A DNA stretch of 64,000 nt, taken from assembly GCA_016841605.1 (NCBI GenBank), contig JAENYV010000001.1, positions 165,553 through 229,552 on the forward strand, read 5' to 3'. Source of the stretch: Dethiobacter alkaliphilus. Its GTDB lineage: Bacteria > Bacillota > Dethiobacteria > DTU022 > UBA8154. The notes under the pieces were generated by a model. The model searched no databases. It worked only from the letters and a program-made list of their open reading frames with translations, and was not told the DNA's origin. Shown here in pieces: positions 28,505 through 38,450 of this stretch (its first letter is position 1; every line of letters starts with the position of its first letter). The translations under genes were made by a program, and so were the position numbers.

Positions 28505-30502
28505 ATGATCAGCTTGAAGTTAATTATTTTAATTTCAGACATAAACAGCACCGGTCAGATCCTAAAGTCGTATGTTCCTCAGGATTTTGTCCTCCTGGAA
28601 GGCAGCGCGGACAACAGGGGAGCTGAGTTGCTTAAAAATATTTCCTCAGGTATTGTCCTTGTGGATACAAACGTTGCCGGAGCCTTGTCGTGGATGAAAG
28701 AGGTATACCCCTTCAAACCGGACCTTACATACATCGGCATCACCGGCGATGAAAGGAAAACAAACGACCTCTTTCACCTTTTTTATGAGATACTTTCTCC
28801 TCCCTTTAATCCTGCACAGGTCCAAAACCTGCTTAATCGCTCCTGGGAGAGGACTGTTTTACTGATGCAAAAAAATATGGAGCATGGTATCAGCGTGGAG
28901 AGGAGAAGCCGTAACTATGCTGCCGGCAGCGCTTACAGCCACAAAGAGCATATTCTGTGTAAGTTTTCGCGGGCTCTCGGAACAGACTTTAACTGCCGGC
29001 ATCTAATAGATCTTTTTCTCAGCATGCTGGAAGAATTGGTGCCTGTGAATAAGATATCGCTTTTACTGGCCGGCAGCAAGGATGGAGTTTATGAGATCGC
29101 CGCTCAAAGGGGGCTTGATTTGCAAATTGCTTCCAAACTGCGCTTCCATGCCAATGGGGGGTTAATTGCCTGGTTGTCAAGGGAGGGACGTATCCTCTAT
29201 TCCGATGGACGGCCCGCACAAGGGTTATTTGTTCAGGAGGCACTCCAGGAAATGAGCCTCCTCCACTCTCTGATCTCTATTCCTCTGCTGGCGCGGGGAC
29301 GCCTGGTGGGAGCACTAAATCTCGGCCCCAAGGTAACCGGCTATCTTTATAGCGATGATGAACTGGAGATCCTTTATATGCTGTCGGGAAACGTAGCTAC
29401 AGCCCTGCTGGACATAGATTTGCACCATCAGTTGCGCTATCAGAAACTTTATACCGAAAATATCCTTTTACGTATGAATAGCGGAGTTATTGGAATCGAC
29501 ATGCATGATAAAATTACAACTTTTAACGAACGAGCGGCAGAGATTTTGAAAATGAACTCAAGCGAGGTCATGCAGAAAGACTTACGCTGTTTACCCAGCC
29601 CTCTTGGCGATATGCTTTATCGGACCCGTTCCAGCGGAGAGGGTTGCGACCGGGAAAAACTTGAGCTGGTCAAAAATCGGCTTCCTCTGGAAATAAGTAC
29701 CTATCAGCTGGTTGACGAGGGGGATAATATTCTGGGCAGCGTGATGATTTTTGATAATATTTCCGAGCGGCGCCAGTTGGAACTGGAAAGACGCAAAGCC
29801 GACCAGCTTGATGTTCTCAATCGCTTTGTCGGCCAGCTTGCCCATGAAATTAAAAATCCCATGGTTGCCATTTTAACCTTTGCCGAGTTGCTACCGGAGA
29901 AATACAGTGATGAATCTTTCCGGGAACAGTTTGCCGGGACCGTGCAAAAAGAGGTTAAACGTTTAAATGATCTTGTGGAGCAACTTATTGATTTTTCCAC
30001 CCCCCTTTCTTATAAATACAGTGTGGAGGATATTCATGAAATTGTTGAACAGGGTCTACTCCTCGTACAGGAACAGGACAGTACGGTTGAAGTTACTATT
30101 AAATTTACCCGTCATGAAAAGAAATTGCTTGTAAGGGCCGACCGGACACTTCTTTCCAGGGCTTTCGCCTATCTGATCCATCTTTTTGGTCACACCCTGT
30201 CACGGGGCAACGTTTTATTTATTCAAGTAGAGCTTCGCCCTTCTCTTTTTGCGGAAGGCGGCATCAGCCTTTCCTTCCGGTCCCCTGAGGCAAAGTTGGA
30301 AAAAGAACACGTGGAGAAGATTTTTGACCCCCTTTTATTTCCACAGGAGCAGAGCATCTCGTTGGGACTGCCCGTTAGCAGGAAGATTGTAGAAGACCAT
30401 GGCGGAAGGATGAAAGCGTCTTTAAGCCGGGATGGATATCTGATCATTGATGTAGAGCTTCCTATCACAGATAACAAAGCGCAGGTGAAATCTCTTGACT
30501 AA
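28505..30502 (+). CDS. Hybrid sensor histidine kinase (N-terminal REC-like, GAF, PAS, HisKA, degenerate HATPase)
   Basis: H-box FVGQLAHEIKNPM. The N-terminal segment has receiver-like acidic residues (LIILISD...VLVD). The start is taken at the ATG after the upstream stop. Confidence 0.75.
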   Translation: MISLKLIILISDINSTGQILKSYVPQDFVLLEGSADNRGAELLKNISSGIVLVDTNVAGALSWMKEVYPFKPDLTYIGITGDERKTNDLFHLFYEILSPPFNPAQVQNLLNRSWERTVLLMQKNMEHGISVERRSRNYAAGSAYSHKEHILCKFSRALGTDFNCRHLIDLFLSMLEELVPVNKISLLLAGSKDGVYEIAAQRGLDLQIASKLRFHANGGLIAWLSREGRILYSDGRPAQGLFVQEALQEMSLLHSLISIPLLARGRLVGALNLGPKVTGYLYSDDELEILYMLSGNVATALLDIDLHHQLRYQKLYTENILLRMNSGVIGIDMHDKITTFNERAAEILKMNSSEVMQKDLRCLPSPLGDMLYRTRSSGEGCDREKLELVKNRLPLEISTYQLVDEGDNILGSVMIFDNISERRQLELERRKADQLDVLNRFVGQLAHEIKNPMVAILTFAELLPEKYSDESFREQFAGTVQKEVKRLNDLVEQLIDFSTPLSYKYSVEDIHEIVEQGLLLVQEQDSTVEVTIKFTRHEKKLLVRADRTLLSRAFAYLIHLFGHTLSRGNVLFIQVELRPSLFAEGGISLSFRSPEAKLEKEHVEKIFDPLLFPQEQSISLGLPVSRKIVEDHGGRMKASLSRDGYLIIDVELPITDNKAQVKSLD

Positions 30503-31568
30503 TGATTCATGCATACTCATTGTAGACGATGAACTTGGACCGCGTGAAGCGCTACGTATGATTTTACGGGACAATTACCGGGTTACCGTGGCGGCTTCCG
30601 GAAAAGAAGCACTGGATTGTTTTGCCGGAAAGGAATACGACCTGGTTATCCTGGATATTAGAATGCCTGATATAAATGGCGTTGATCTTCTGGCGGAGAT
30701 AAAAAAGAAAGCACCGGAGACCGAGGTTGTAATGATAACTGCTTATGCTTCCGTGGAAACGGCTACAAAAGCCTTGCGCTACGGTGCCCTTGATTACCTG
30801 ATTAAACCTTTTGACCGTGCTTCAGTGCTGAATGTTGTGGAGAAAGGCCTGTCGCGCCGCAGCAATACGCGCGGCATGAGGGATAAACTGAAAGAACTTC
30901 AGCTCGCCAATAAAACTCTTGAGAAAGAAGTGGAGTATGCTTATAAAAACATTCAAGGCCATTATTCGGAAACCGTATCATCCCTGGTGGCGGCAGTAGA
31001 TGCCAAGGATGCTTATACCAAGGGACATCAGGAAAGAATCGCCAGGTTTGCACAGCTTATCGGCCAAAAAATCGGTTGCTCCGCAGAAGAAACGGAGTTA
31101 ATCAAGCAGGCCGCTATCCTTCATGATATAGGCAAAATTGGTGTTCCGGAAGCAATTCTCATGAAACAGGACGCTTTAACCGACGAAGAATATGAGATCA
31201 TAAAAAAACACCCTGTGATCGGGGCAAAAATTCTTTCTCCCGTGCAGTTCTTAAAAGAAGTGGTTCCGCTGGTTTTCTTTCATCATGAAAGGTTTGATGG
31301 AACAGGATACCCCAGGGGTCTTAAGGGATCCCAAATACCCCTGAGTGCCCGGGTCATTTGTATTGCCGACGCAGTGGATGCCATGCTTTCCCAACGGCCA
31401 TATTCCCGTGCAAAAACAGTAGAAAAAGTAAAGGAAGAGTTGCTGCGCTGCTCGGGAACGCAATTTGATCCCCAGTTGGTGGATGTTATCATCAAAAACG
31501 ACCTTCTTTCTGTTTACCTTCTTTTAGTAGAGACCCATGAAGCTTCGTCTTCATCATCGGACGGATGA
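30495..31568 (+). CDS. Response regulator with HD-GYP c-di-GMP phosphodiesterase output domain
   Basis: REC domain (ILIVDDE...D...LDIRMP) plus HD-GYP (HHERFDGTGYP). Confidence 0.85.
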   Translation: MTNDSCILIVDDELGPREALRMILRDNYRVTVAASGKEALDCFAGKEYDLVILDIRMPDINGVDLLAEIKKKAPETEVVMITAYASVETATKALRYGALDYLIKPFDRASVLNVVEKGLSRRSNTRGMRDKLKELQLANKTLEKEVEYAYKNIQGHYSETVSSLVAAVDAKDAYTKGHQERIARFAQLIGQKIGCSAEETELIKQAAILHDIGKIGVPEAILMKQDALTDEEYEIIKKHPVIGAKILSPVQFLKEVVPLVFFHHERFDGTGYPRGLKGSQIPLSARVICIADAVDAMLSQRPYSRAKTVEKVKEELLRCSGTQFDPQLVDVIIKNDLLSVYLLLVETHEASSSSSDG

Positions 31569-31600
31569 AAATAGAAGAACATTAGAAGCCGAGGTTTGCT

Positions 31601-31629
31601 TTCAAAAGAGCGGTTTTTTTGCTATAATG
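31601..31629 (+). promoter_or_regulatory. Sigma-70-type promoter (TTCAAA-N16-TGcTATAAT, extended -10)
   Basis: Lies upstream of the ModE-N/PBP regulator gene. Confidence 0.45.
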
Positions 31630-31661
31630 TACCACAATGAGCGGTGTCGGGAGGATGACAC

Positions 31662-32828
31662 ATGGTTAAAAATTTTTCCAATGAATTTAAAATAGCTCTC
31701 CAGCTGGAAGGGGAAAAGTCTCTTTCCGGAAATGACCTTTTTACTCTCTTAGAAAATATCATGCTTTCCGGTTCGATCAGCAGTGCAGCGGCGCGGATGG
31801 GTGCCTCTTACCGCTATTGCTGGGGGCTGATCCAGGGGGCGGAAAAAACTCTGGGTCTTACATTGGTAGATAAGCAGGTAGGCGGGGTAGCCGGTGGGGG
31901 AACTTCACTGACACCTCAGGGAAAAGAGTTGCTTGAGCAGTATAAGGCTTTTAAACAGGAAGTTGACAGTCAGTTAAAACACTTCCTGGCCCGGACCGGT
32001 AGTACGCCCTCTCAAGATGTTTTTGTCTCAGCCGGACAGCCCGAAAAAGCGGATGAGAGGACTGCTGTGCGGCACCTCTTACTGGCCAGTACTATGGAAG
32101 CAGTGGAAACCGGGCTGATGGATCTTTTGGAAGAGGCTTTTTTCCATACCAGCAGTATCCTGGTCAGGCATATCTCCATCGGCAGCGGACGAGCTTTGCA
32201 GATTGCCAGGGAAGGCCGCGTCGATGTGGTGCTTTCTCATGCTCCGGAACTGGAGAAGTCCTTTATGGACGAGGGCTGGGGAGTAGAAATGATCCCCATC
32301 ATGGCCAATGATTTTGTTATTGCCGGCCCTCTATCCGACCCGGTGGGGGTATCTGAACTGTCCGGTGCGGTAGAGGCTTTCAGAAAGATCGCTTCCTCCC
32401 AGGTGCCCTTTATTAGCCGCGGCGACAGTTCGGGGACCCACCAGCGGGAAAAGGAAATTTGGAAACAGGCGGGGATAATTCCCGAAGGACAGTGGTATAC
32501 CAAATCTTCGGGAATGGTGGGAAATCTGGGAGCCTTACATCTGGCCAGGGAAAAAGAGGGCTATACTCTTGTTGACCGGGCGACCTTTCTTATTTCCCGT
32601 GAGGAAAAAATGATTATTTTTCCTCCTGGAGAAAAAGCAAATGATCCGGCCTGGACCCTGGAAAATATTTTTGTCCTAACCATAGTCAACCCGGAGCGTG
32701 TTCCCGGAGTCAAACTCGCTGATGCGCGGCTTTTTGCCCGCTGGCTGCTGGAAAGGGAAGGGCAGGAGCTTATTTCCTCTTTCGGCCGTGAAACTTTTGG
32801 AACCCCTCTTTTTTCCAGAGTTACCTGA
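31662..32828 (+). CDS. Transcriptional regulator: ModE-type N-terminal HTH fused to a periplasmic-binding-protein-like (molybdate/tungstate-type) domain (TunR-like, COG1910-type)
   Basis: The N-terminus (LSGNDLFTLLENIMLSGSISSAAARMGASYRYCWGLIQGAEKTLGLTLVDKQVGG..GGTSLTPQG) is a ModE N-domain. The C-terminal roughly 250 aa is PBP-like and has no signal peptide. Confidence 0.6.
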   Translation: MVKNFSNEFKIALQLEGEKSLSGNDLFTLLENIMLSGSISSAAARMGASYRYCWGLIQGAEKTLGLTLVDKQVGGVAGGGTSLTPQGKELLEQYKAFKQEVDSQLKHFLARTGSTPSQDVFVSAGQPEKADERTAVRHLLLASTMEAVETGLMDLLEEAFFHTSSILVRHISIGSGRALQIAREGRVDVVLSHAPELEKSFMDEGWGVEMIPIMANDFVIAGPLSDPVGVSELSGAVEAFRKIASSQVPFISRGDSSGTHQREKEIWKQAGIIPEGQWYTKSSGMVGNLGALHLAREKEGYTLVDRATFLISREEKMIIFPPGEKANDPAWTLENIFVLTIVNPERVPGVKLADARLFARWLLEREGQELISSFGRETFGTPLFSRVT

Positions 32829-32902
32829 TCCGCCTTATTAGGCCGTGCGGATTTTTTTGTAACCGCTATGCAATTTAATGCATATCCGATGACTTGATAA
32901 TA

Positions 32903-32931
32903 TTGACACCCATTTCTTTTTTAAATATAAT
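32903..32931 (+). promoter_or_regulatory. Consensus sigma-70 promoter TTGACA-N17-TATAAT with a roughly 160-nt leader
   Basis: Perfect hexamers. The leader contains the palindrome GGCATAATGCC (about 33061-33071) just before the RBS AAGGAGGAGGAG. Confidence 0.6.
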
Positions 32932-33095
32932 AGCACATGGAAGGTTCATCGCGGTGGACACTACTTGAAGGAGATGAAACAAACAGAAAAAAGAAAAATT
33001 AAGGGGCAGGCTGAAATTCTATCTTTTTGTACCGGTATATGCTGTCGTTATGTCAAAATAGGCATAATGCCTGCTTAATAAAGGAGGAGGAGACA

Positions 33096-34253
33096 TTGAA
33101 AAAGTTTATCCAATTACTACTTATTGCAGTAATGATTTTATCAATCTTTATGGGAACCTGGGGTTGTACGGCCCAGCCGGAGGAAACTGCCCCGGCGACG
33201 TCCGGTGAGGAGATATCGGCAACTCCTGAGGAGACTACACCCGCGACACGGGAGGTAGTGGACCTCGCGGAGAGAACCGTGACCGTTCCTGCGGAACCAA
33301 AGAAAGTAGCAACAATGCAGGGCCCAACGTATGAGATGGTTTTTATGCTGGGAGCCAAAGACCGGATAGGTCTTGTCAGGGATGACCATCCAACTGCTTA
33401 TCCTCTCGCCCTGTTGACCAATCCTGACCTTGCGAACTATCCGACCATTGCCGGTGTCGGGCCCCAGAGCCCGGTTAATGTGGAAGAATTTATTAATAAA
33501 GGGGTTGACCTGGTTATCTACTGGAACATTGAACAGGAACTCACGAAGTTTGATAATGCCGGCATCCCCGCGCTTGTGATAAACTGGTCGACTTTTCAGC
33601 CGACTAATATTGAGGAAGCTCTTATGGACTCCAAGAAACAGATTTCATTCCTTGCGGACGTGCTGGGCGGCAAGGCGCCCGAGCGCTATGCAGATTGGGA
33701 AAGCTATCTTGACGAGACCGTTGAATTTATCCGGTCCCGTACGGCACAAATTCCGGAAGATGAACGCCCTGTTGTCTACTGGGGCAATAGTTGGGGTCCC
33801 AATATCCTTTCCACATGGCCTCTTACGCCGAAACAATTTGAAGTGGAACTTTGCGGCGGCAAGCTTGTCAGCGTAGAAAAGGGCGGCCAGTTTCCGGAGA
33901 CAACCAAAGAACAGTTGCTCGCCTGGGAGCCTGAAGTAATTATTGTTGATAATCACGGAGGGAGTCCGGAACAAGTTATTGAAGAGCTTAAGAGCAGCGC
34001 AGACTGGGCTTCATTGCCCGCGGTCAAGAATGACCGTCTCTATCGCATACCTGCCGGCGTCTTCTTCCTGGATAAAGGAACCAGCCGTACTGTCTATTAC
34101 TACTGGCTGGCAAAACAACTGCATCCCGATCTGTTCGAAGATGTTGACTTGATTAAGGAATTAAAGTACTACTTCAAGACTTTCTATGATTATGAGCTGA
34201 CCACGGAGGAGGGCGAAAAAGTGCTCGCGGGCTGGGCGGAAACAAGAAAATAA
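33096..34253 (+). CDS. ABC transporter substrate-binding lipoprotein, class III (FecB/BtuF/heme-siderophore type)
   Basis: Lipobox (TWGC) and PBP type 2 features. The likely start is TTG 33096, after the RBS. The ORF track opens at 33027. Confidence 0.7.
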   Translation: MKKFIQLLLIAVMILSIFMGTWGCTAQPEETAPATSGEEISATPEETTPATREVVDLAERTVTVPAEPKKVATMQGPTYEMVFMLGAKDRIGLVRDDHPTAYPLALLTNPDLANYPTIAGVGPQSPVNVEEFINKGVDLVIYWNIEQELTKFDNAGIPALVINWSTFQPTNIEEALMDSKKQISFLADVLGGKAPERYADWESYLDETVEFIRSRTAQIPEDERPVVYWGNSWGPNILSTWPLTPKQFEVELCGGKLVSVEKGGQFPETTKEQLLAWEPEVIIVDNHGGSPEQVIEELKSSADWASLPAVKNDRLYRIPAGVFFLDKGTSRTVYYYWLAKQLHPDLFEDVDLIKELKYYFKTFYDYELTTEEGEKVLAGWAETRK

Positions 34254-34277
34254 TCGGATAAAATCGGAGGGAAGGTC

Positions 34278-35366
34278 ATGCGCACTACAACGAATACGAT
34301 AAAGCCAACGCCGGTCCAAAAACAGAAGAACCTGAACGAACAAACGGAGACGGAGAAACTTTCCTGCACTAAAATGGCATTGCTCATCGGCCTTCCCCTG
34401 CTTTTCTTCTTTATTTCTCTATTTTTGGGTCGTCACTTCATAGACCCGCTTACCGTTTTAAAGATCCTGGGGCAAAAGTTGCTCTCCTTACCTCTAGAGA
34501 CGACATGGACCGATACCATGGAAACGGTTGTCCTGCGCATCAGAATGCCCCGTGCCATCATGGCGGGTGCGGTCGGTGCCGGTCTTTCCATTTCCGGCGC
34601 CGCGTTTCAGGGGATGTTCCATAATCCTTTGGTGAGCCCCTTTGTCCTAGGCGTTTCTTCCGGAGCCGGCTTTGGCGCTGCACTGGCTATAGTTATGGAG
34701 GGCTCCATGCTGATGATTCAGCTGTTGGCATTTTTATTCGGTATAATCGCCGTCACCATCACCTATTGTACAAGCCGTATCTACAAAACAACCCCCATTT
34801 TGATGCTCGTCCTCTCCGGTATTGTTGTCTCCGCGCTCTTTCAGTCTCTGCTTTCTTTGCTCAAGTATACGGCAGATACGGAAGACAAGCTTCCTGCCAT
34901 TGTCTTCTGGTTAATGGGGAGTATGGGCAGTGTTAGCCTGGAGAATTTGCTCCCGGCTGTTGCCTCAATTGCCGCGGGCTGTCTTGGTCTGCTTCTTATC
35001 CGCTGGCGTTTCAACGTACTCTCTATGGGGGACCAGGAAGCCAGGTCTATGGGGATGAATACGGAATTGCTCAAGGGTATTATTATCGTCTGTACCACCA
35101 TTATCTCTTCCGTAGTAGTTGCTTTTTGCGGTATTATCGGCTGGGTGGGGCTGGTTATTCCCCACTTATGCCGTATGCTGGTAGGTCCCGATCACCGCGT
35201 GCTCATGCCCACTACTCTCTGTGTGGGAGCTGCCTATCTGATTTTTGTTGACAATATAGCCCGCATCATATCGCCGGCCGAGGTGCCTCTGGGTATTCTG
35301 ACCGCGCTGGTGGGCGCCCCGTTTTTTATGATTATGCTCAGGAAGACGAGAGGAGGCTGGGGATAA
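34278..35366 (+). CDS. FecCD-family ABC permease
   Basis: Polytopic. A C-terminal GAP sequence (LVGAPFF) is present; this motif is an assumption. Confidence 0.8.
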   Translation: MRTTTNTIKPTPVQKQKNLNEQTETEKLSCTKMALLIGLPLLFFFISLFLGRHFIDPLTVLKILGQKLLSLPLETTWTDTMETVVLRIRMPRAIMAGAVGAGLSISGAAFQGMFHNPLVSPFVLGVSSGAGFGAALAIVMEGSMLMIQLLAFLFGIIAVTITYCTSRIYKTTPILMLVLSGIVVSALFQSLLSLLKYTADTEDKLPAIVFWLMGSMGSVSLENLLPAVASIAAGCLGLLLIRWRFNVLSMGDQEARSMGMNTELLKGIIIVCTTIISSVVVAFCGIIGWVGLVIPHLCRMLVGPDHRVLMPTTLCVGAAYLIFVDNIARIISPAEVPLGILTALVGAPFFMIMLRKTRGGWG

Positions 35367-36184
35367 TGACGGCAAAGGTATCGGTTAGCTCTGCCTGCTT
35401 CAGCTATGGTGAGAAGGAAGTATGGAGGGATATCAATCTGAACGTGGAAAAAGGGGAAACCATCTGCCTGCTTGGTCCAAACGGCTGTGGTAAAACCACC
35501 CTTCTCAACTGCATACACGGGGACCTTGCCTTAAAAAGCGGAGATATCTATATTGACGGGCGCAATATCAAAACAATGGCGGTTACGGAGATTGCACGCA
35601 GCGTGGGTTACGTCTTTCAGGAGCACAGAGCGCCGTTTCCGTACAGTTCTCTTGAAGTGGTGAGAATGGGGCGTGCTCCTCATCTGGGTCTTTTCCAGGC
35701 TCCCTCCCGCGATGATACGGAGCTGGCTAGAAGCATCATGGAGGAGATGGGTATCGGTTACCTTGCGGCAAAACGCTATACCAACATATCGGGCGGGGAA
35801 CGTCAGCTTGTGCTTATCGCGCGGACGCTTTGTCAGCAACCGGAGATGATTTTGTTTGATGAACCGACCTCTCATCTTGATTTTAAGAACCAGGCACTTG
35901 TTCTCCGGACGATTAGCCGTCTGACCCGGAAAGGTCTCACCATTATTATGACAAGTCATTTTCCCAATCACGCCTGGCTGCTCAGCAGCAGGGTGGCCAT
36001 GATGGACAATAACGGCTTTGTGGCTCTGGGACCGGCGGAAGAGGTTATGACCGAAGAAAACCTGAGTGAAACTTACGGGGTGAGGGTTAAAGTCTACGAG
36101 GCCAAGGACGACCACAAGACTGTCAACTTCTGTACTCCGGAGTTCGTTCCGACGTCAAAGGGAGAGGGAGTCGATGATGATTAA
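35366..36184 (+). CDS. ABC transporter ATP-binding protein (FecE/BtuD-like)
   Basis: Walker A GPNGCGKTT, signature SGGERQ and Walker B ILFDEPTSHLD. Confidence 0.85.
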   Translation: MTAKVSVSSACFSYGEKEVWRDINLNVEKGETICLLGPNGCGKTTLLNCIHGDLALKSGDIYIDGRNIKTMAVTEIARSVGYVFQEHRAPFPYSSLEVVRMGRAPHLGLFQAPSRDDTELARSIMEEMGIGYLAAKRYTNISGGERQLVLIARTLCQQPEMILFDEPTSHLDFKNQALVLRTISRLTRKGLTIIMTSHFPNHAWLLSSRVAMMDNNGFVALGPAEEVMTEENLSETYGVRVKVYEAKDDHKTVNFCTPEFVPTSKGEGVDDD

Positions 36185-36222
36185 GCACGAAAATTTAAAA
36201 ACCTTTCAGCGGGGGAGATAAG

Positions 36223-36813
36223 ATGAAAAAGACGTTTTATAATCTTCTTCAGCCGATTTATCCTTTGCTTGCGCAGCAGTTTGTGGATGATTACGGTTTG
36301 CAAAGCGGCAGGTGTATTGATATAGGAGCCGGTCCCGGCTTTATCGGTATCGAACTGGCCAAAATAACCGATATGGAAATATATTTTGTCGACACTGTTG
36401 ATGAACAGCTGAAACTGGCGCAGGCTAATTTTTTAGCATCCGGAAGCGAAAATAAAGCGCATTTTATTAATTCCGATGTTCACCAATTGGCCTTTGAAGA
36501 TAACTTTGGCGATTTTATTGTCAGCAGGGGTTCGATCTGGTTTTGGCGGGAGCCCCGGGAAGCGTTAAAGGAAATATACCGTGTCCTTAAACCCGGAGGG
36601 ACAGCCTTAATTGGAGGAGGGCTCGGCAGATACGTTCCTGAAACAATGAGAAAACGCTTGATGGAAGCGAATCAGAAAAGACTGGCTGAGCGAGGAGAAA
36701 AAAGACCTACTTTGGCAGAGTTTCAGTTGATGGTGGAAGAGGCCCATTTACCCCATTATCTCGTTATCAGTGAAGAACCGGGAGTGGGAAGATGGGTCGA
36801 GATCAAGAAGTAA
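36223..36813 (+). CDS. Class I SAM-dependent methyltransferase
   Basis: IDIGAGPG motif I and LKPGG motif. Confidence 0.65.
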   Translation: MKKTFYNLLQPIYPLLAQQFVDDYGLQSGRCIDIGAGPGFIGIELAKITDMEIYFVDTVDEQLKLAQANFLASGSENKAHFINSDVHQLAFEDNFGDFIVSRGSIWFWREPREALKEIYRVLKPGGTALIGGGLGRYVPETMRKRLMEANQKRLAERGEKRPTLAEFQLMVEEAHLPHYLVISEEPGVGRWVEIKK

Positions 36814-36866
36814 GCGAAAATGAGTAGAGGAATAAATTTAAAGAAAGAAAGGGGAGTGAGAAACCT

Positions 36867-37757
36867 GTGAACCGCATACTTATTCACACCCCCATCAACA
36901 TCCGGAAAGCCCTTGTAGACGCTTTAAAACAGCATCTTAAGGAATTTAGGAATAAGCACGGGATGGAGATAAGCGTAGAAACTCCCGGCCATAACCATGC
37001 GGAAAACTGGCTGGTTAAGTGTATGGAAGAAGGTTCATTTCCGGATATGGTGATAGCCCATGCTACTGATTTCGCTCCTTTAAACCGGCAGCAGCTTAAA
37101 GAAATATTCCTGCCCGTCGGGGAACGGTTTCCTTTGCGGAGGGAGTTGGATAGGTTCCGGGAAGAAGGAGGGCTTTTAAATCCTGTTTTCCTCGTTCCCC
37201 TTGTCATTGCTTGCAACACCGACATGGTCGATGAGGCAAAGAGGCCGGAAAAATGGGAAGACCTGCTTAAATCTGAATGGGAAAATATGGTAACTTTTCC
37301 TGCCGGTGAAACGCCCATCTCCCAGGCGGTCCTCTCTTTCCTTGCCGACAAGTATCCGGATAAATTCAGAGATTTTTTCCCTTCCATTGTCTTTCAGAGC
37401 TCTGTTCCGGAGGTTCTCCAGTCTATGGGAGCGGGAAATTTCCCCCTGGCTGTGGCCAATATTTCTTTTGCCAAAATGCTCCGTCAGAAACATGTCATAC
37501 CTTTATGGCCCCGGGAAGGAGCCGTGTGTATTCCCCAGGTAGCGGTCTGGTCCCGCAACGCCGATAAAAGACTGCTGGAGCTTGGCGAATTTTTCCGCAG
37601 CCGGCAGTTGCAGGAACTGTTTGCCCACCAGGGCTTTATTCCGGTAATTCCCGAAGTTTCTTTGCCGGCGGAATTGCCCGGTCGGAATTTTTCTTTCACC
37701 TGGGAAGGCTGGGACCCGTTTCTGGAAAGTATCAGGAAAGGTTGTGGCGCCCGGTGA
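36867..37757 (+). CDS. Cytoplasmic periplasmic-binding-protein-like protein (no signal peptide)
   Basis: Sequence resembles family-1 SBPs (a PEKWEDLL segment parallels PETWEDLL in the 15092 SBP), but there is no secretion signal. Confidence 0.35.
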   Translation: MNRILIHTPINIRKALVDALKQHLKEFRNKHGMEISVETPGHNHAENWLVKCMEEGSFPDMVIAHATDFAPLNRQQLKEIFLPVGERFPLRRELDRFREEGGLLNPVFLVPLVIACNTDMVDEAKRPEKWEDLLKSEWENMVTFPAGETPISQAVLSFLADKYPDKFRDFFPSIVFQSSVPEVLQSMGAGNFPLAVANISFAKMLRQKHVIPLWPREGAVCIPQVAVWSRNADKRLLELGEFFRSRQLQELFAHQGFIPVIPEVSLPAELPGRNFSFTWEGWDPFLESIRKGCGAR

Positions 37758-38449
37758 AGTTGCTTACGGTCTGTGGCCCACCTTCTTCAGGGAAAACTTC
37801 CGTTATCACGAAAACCATAGAGATCCTGCGGCAGCAGGGGCTGAACGCGGGAGTGGTTAAATTTGATTGCCTGACAACTCATGATGATGCTTTATACGAA
37901 GAAAAAGGAATCAAAAATAAAGTCGGTCTCTCCGACAGCCTTTGCCCCGATCATTTTCTGGTGAGCAATATTGAGGGGTGTCTTCGCTGGGGCATCGATC
38001 AGGGTTTCGATCTTCTCATCACCGAAAGCGCAGGCCTCTGCAGCCGGTGTTCTCCTCATATTAAGGGTGTTCCGGCCGTGTGCGTGATGGATAACCTGAT
38101 GGGAATCAATACCCCGAAAAAAACCGGCCCCATGCTGAGATTCGCCGATATCGTCGTTATTACTAAAGGAGATATTGTTTCTCAGGCCGAAAGAGAAGTG
38201 TTTGCCTTCAGGATTAAACAGGTAAACCCCCGGGGCAAGATCCTGCATATAAACGGAATTACCGGGCAGGGAACGTTTCAATTGGCCGGGTTGTTTATGG
38301 AGGCCGGGGATATCCGGACCCTTAAAGACAAAGAGCTCCGCTATTCCATGCCTTCGGCCCTTTGTTCCTACTGCCTGGGGGAAAGACAAATCGGAGAAGA
38401 ATTTCAAATGGGAAGCGGAAAAAAAATGGTTTTTGATGAGGTAAAGTGA
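37742..38449 (+). CDS. G3E-family P-loop GTPase (HypB/UreG/CobW/MeaB-like putative metallochaperone)
   Basis: Walker A CGPPSSGKTS, an ESAG switch-like motif and an (I/L)TKxD base-specificity motif (VITKGDIV). Its start overlaps the upstream gene. Confidence 0.5.
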   Translation: MWRPVKLLTVCGPPSSGKTSVITKTIEILRQQGLNAGVVKFDCLTTHDDALYEEKGIKNKVGLSDSLCPDHFLVSNIEGCLRWGIDQGFDLLITESAGLCSRCSPHIKGVPAVCVMDNLMGINTPKKTGPMLRFADIVVITKGDIVSQAEREVFAFRIKQVNPRGKILHINGITGQGTFQLAGLFMEAGDIRTLKDKELRYSMPSALCSYCLGERQIGEEFQMGSGKKMVFDEVK

Positions 38450-38450
38450 G

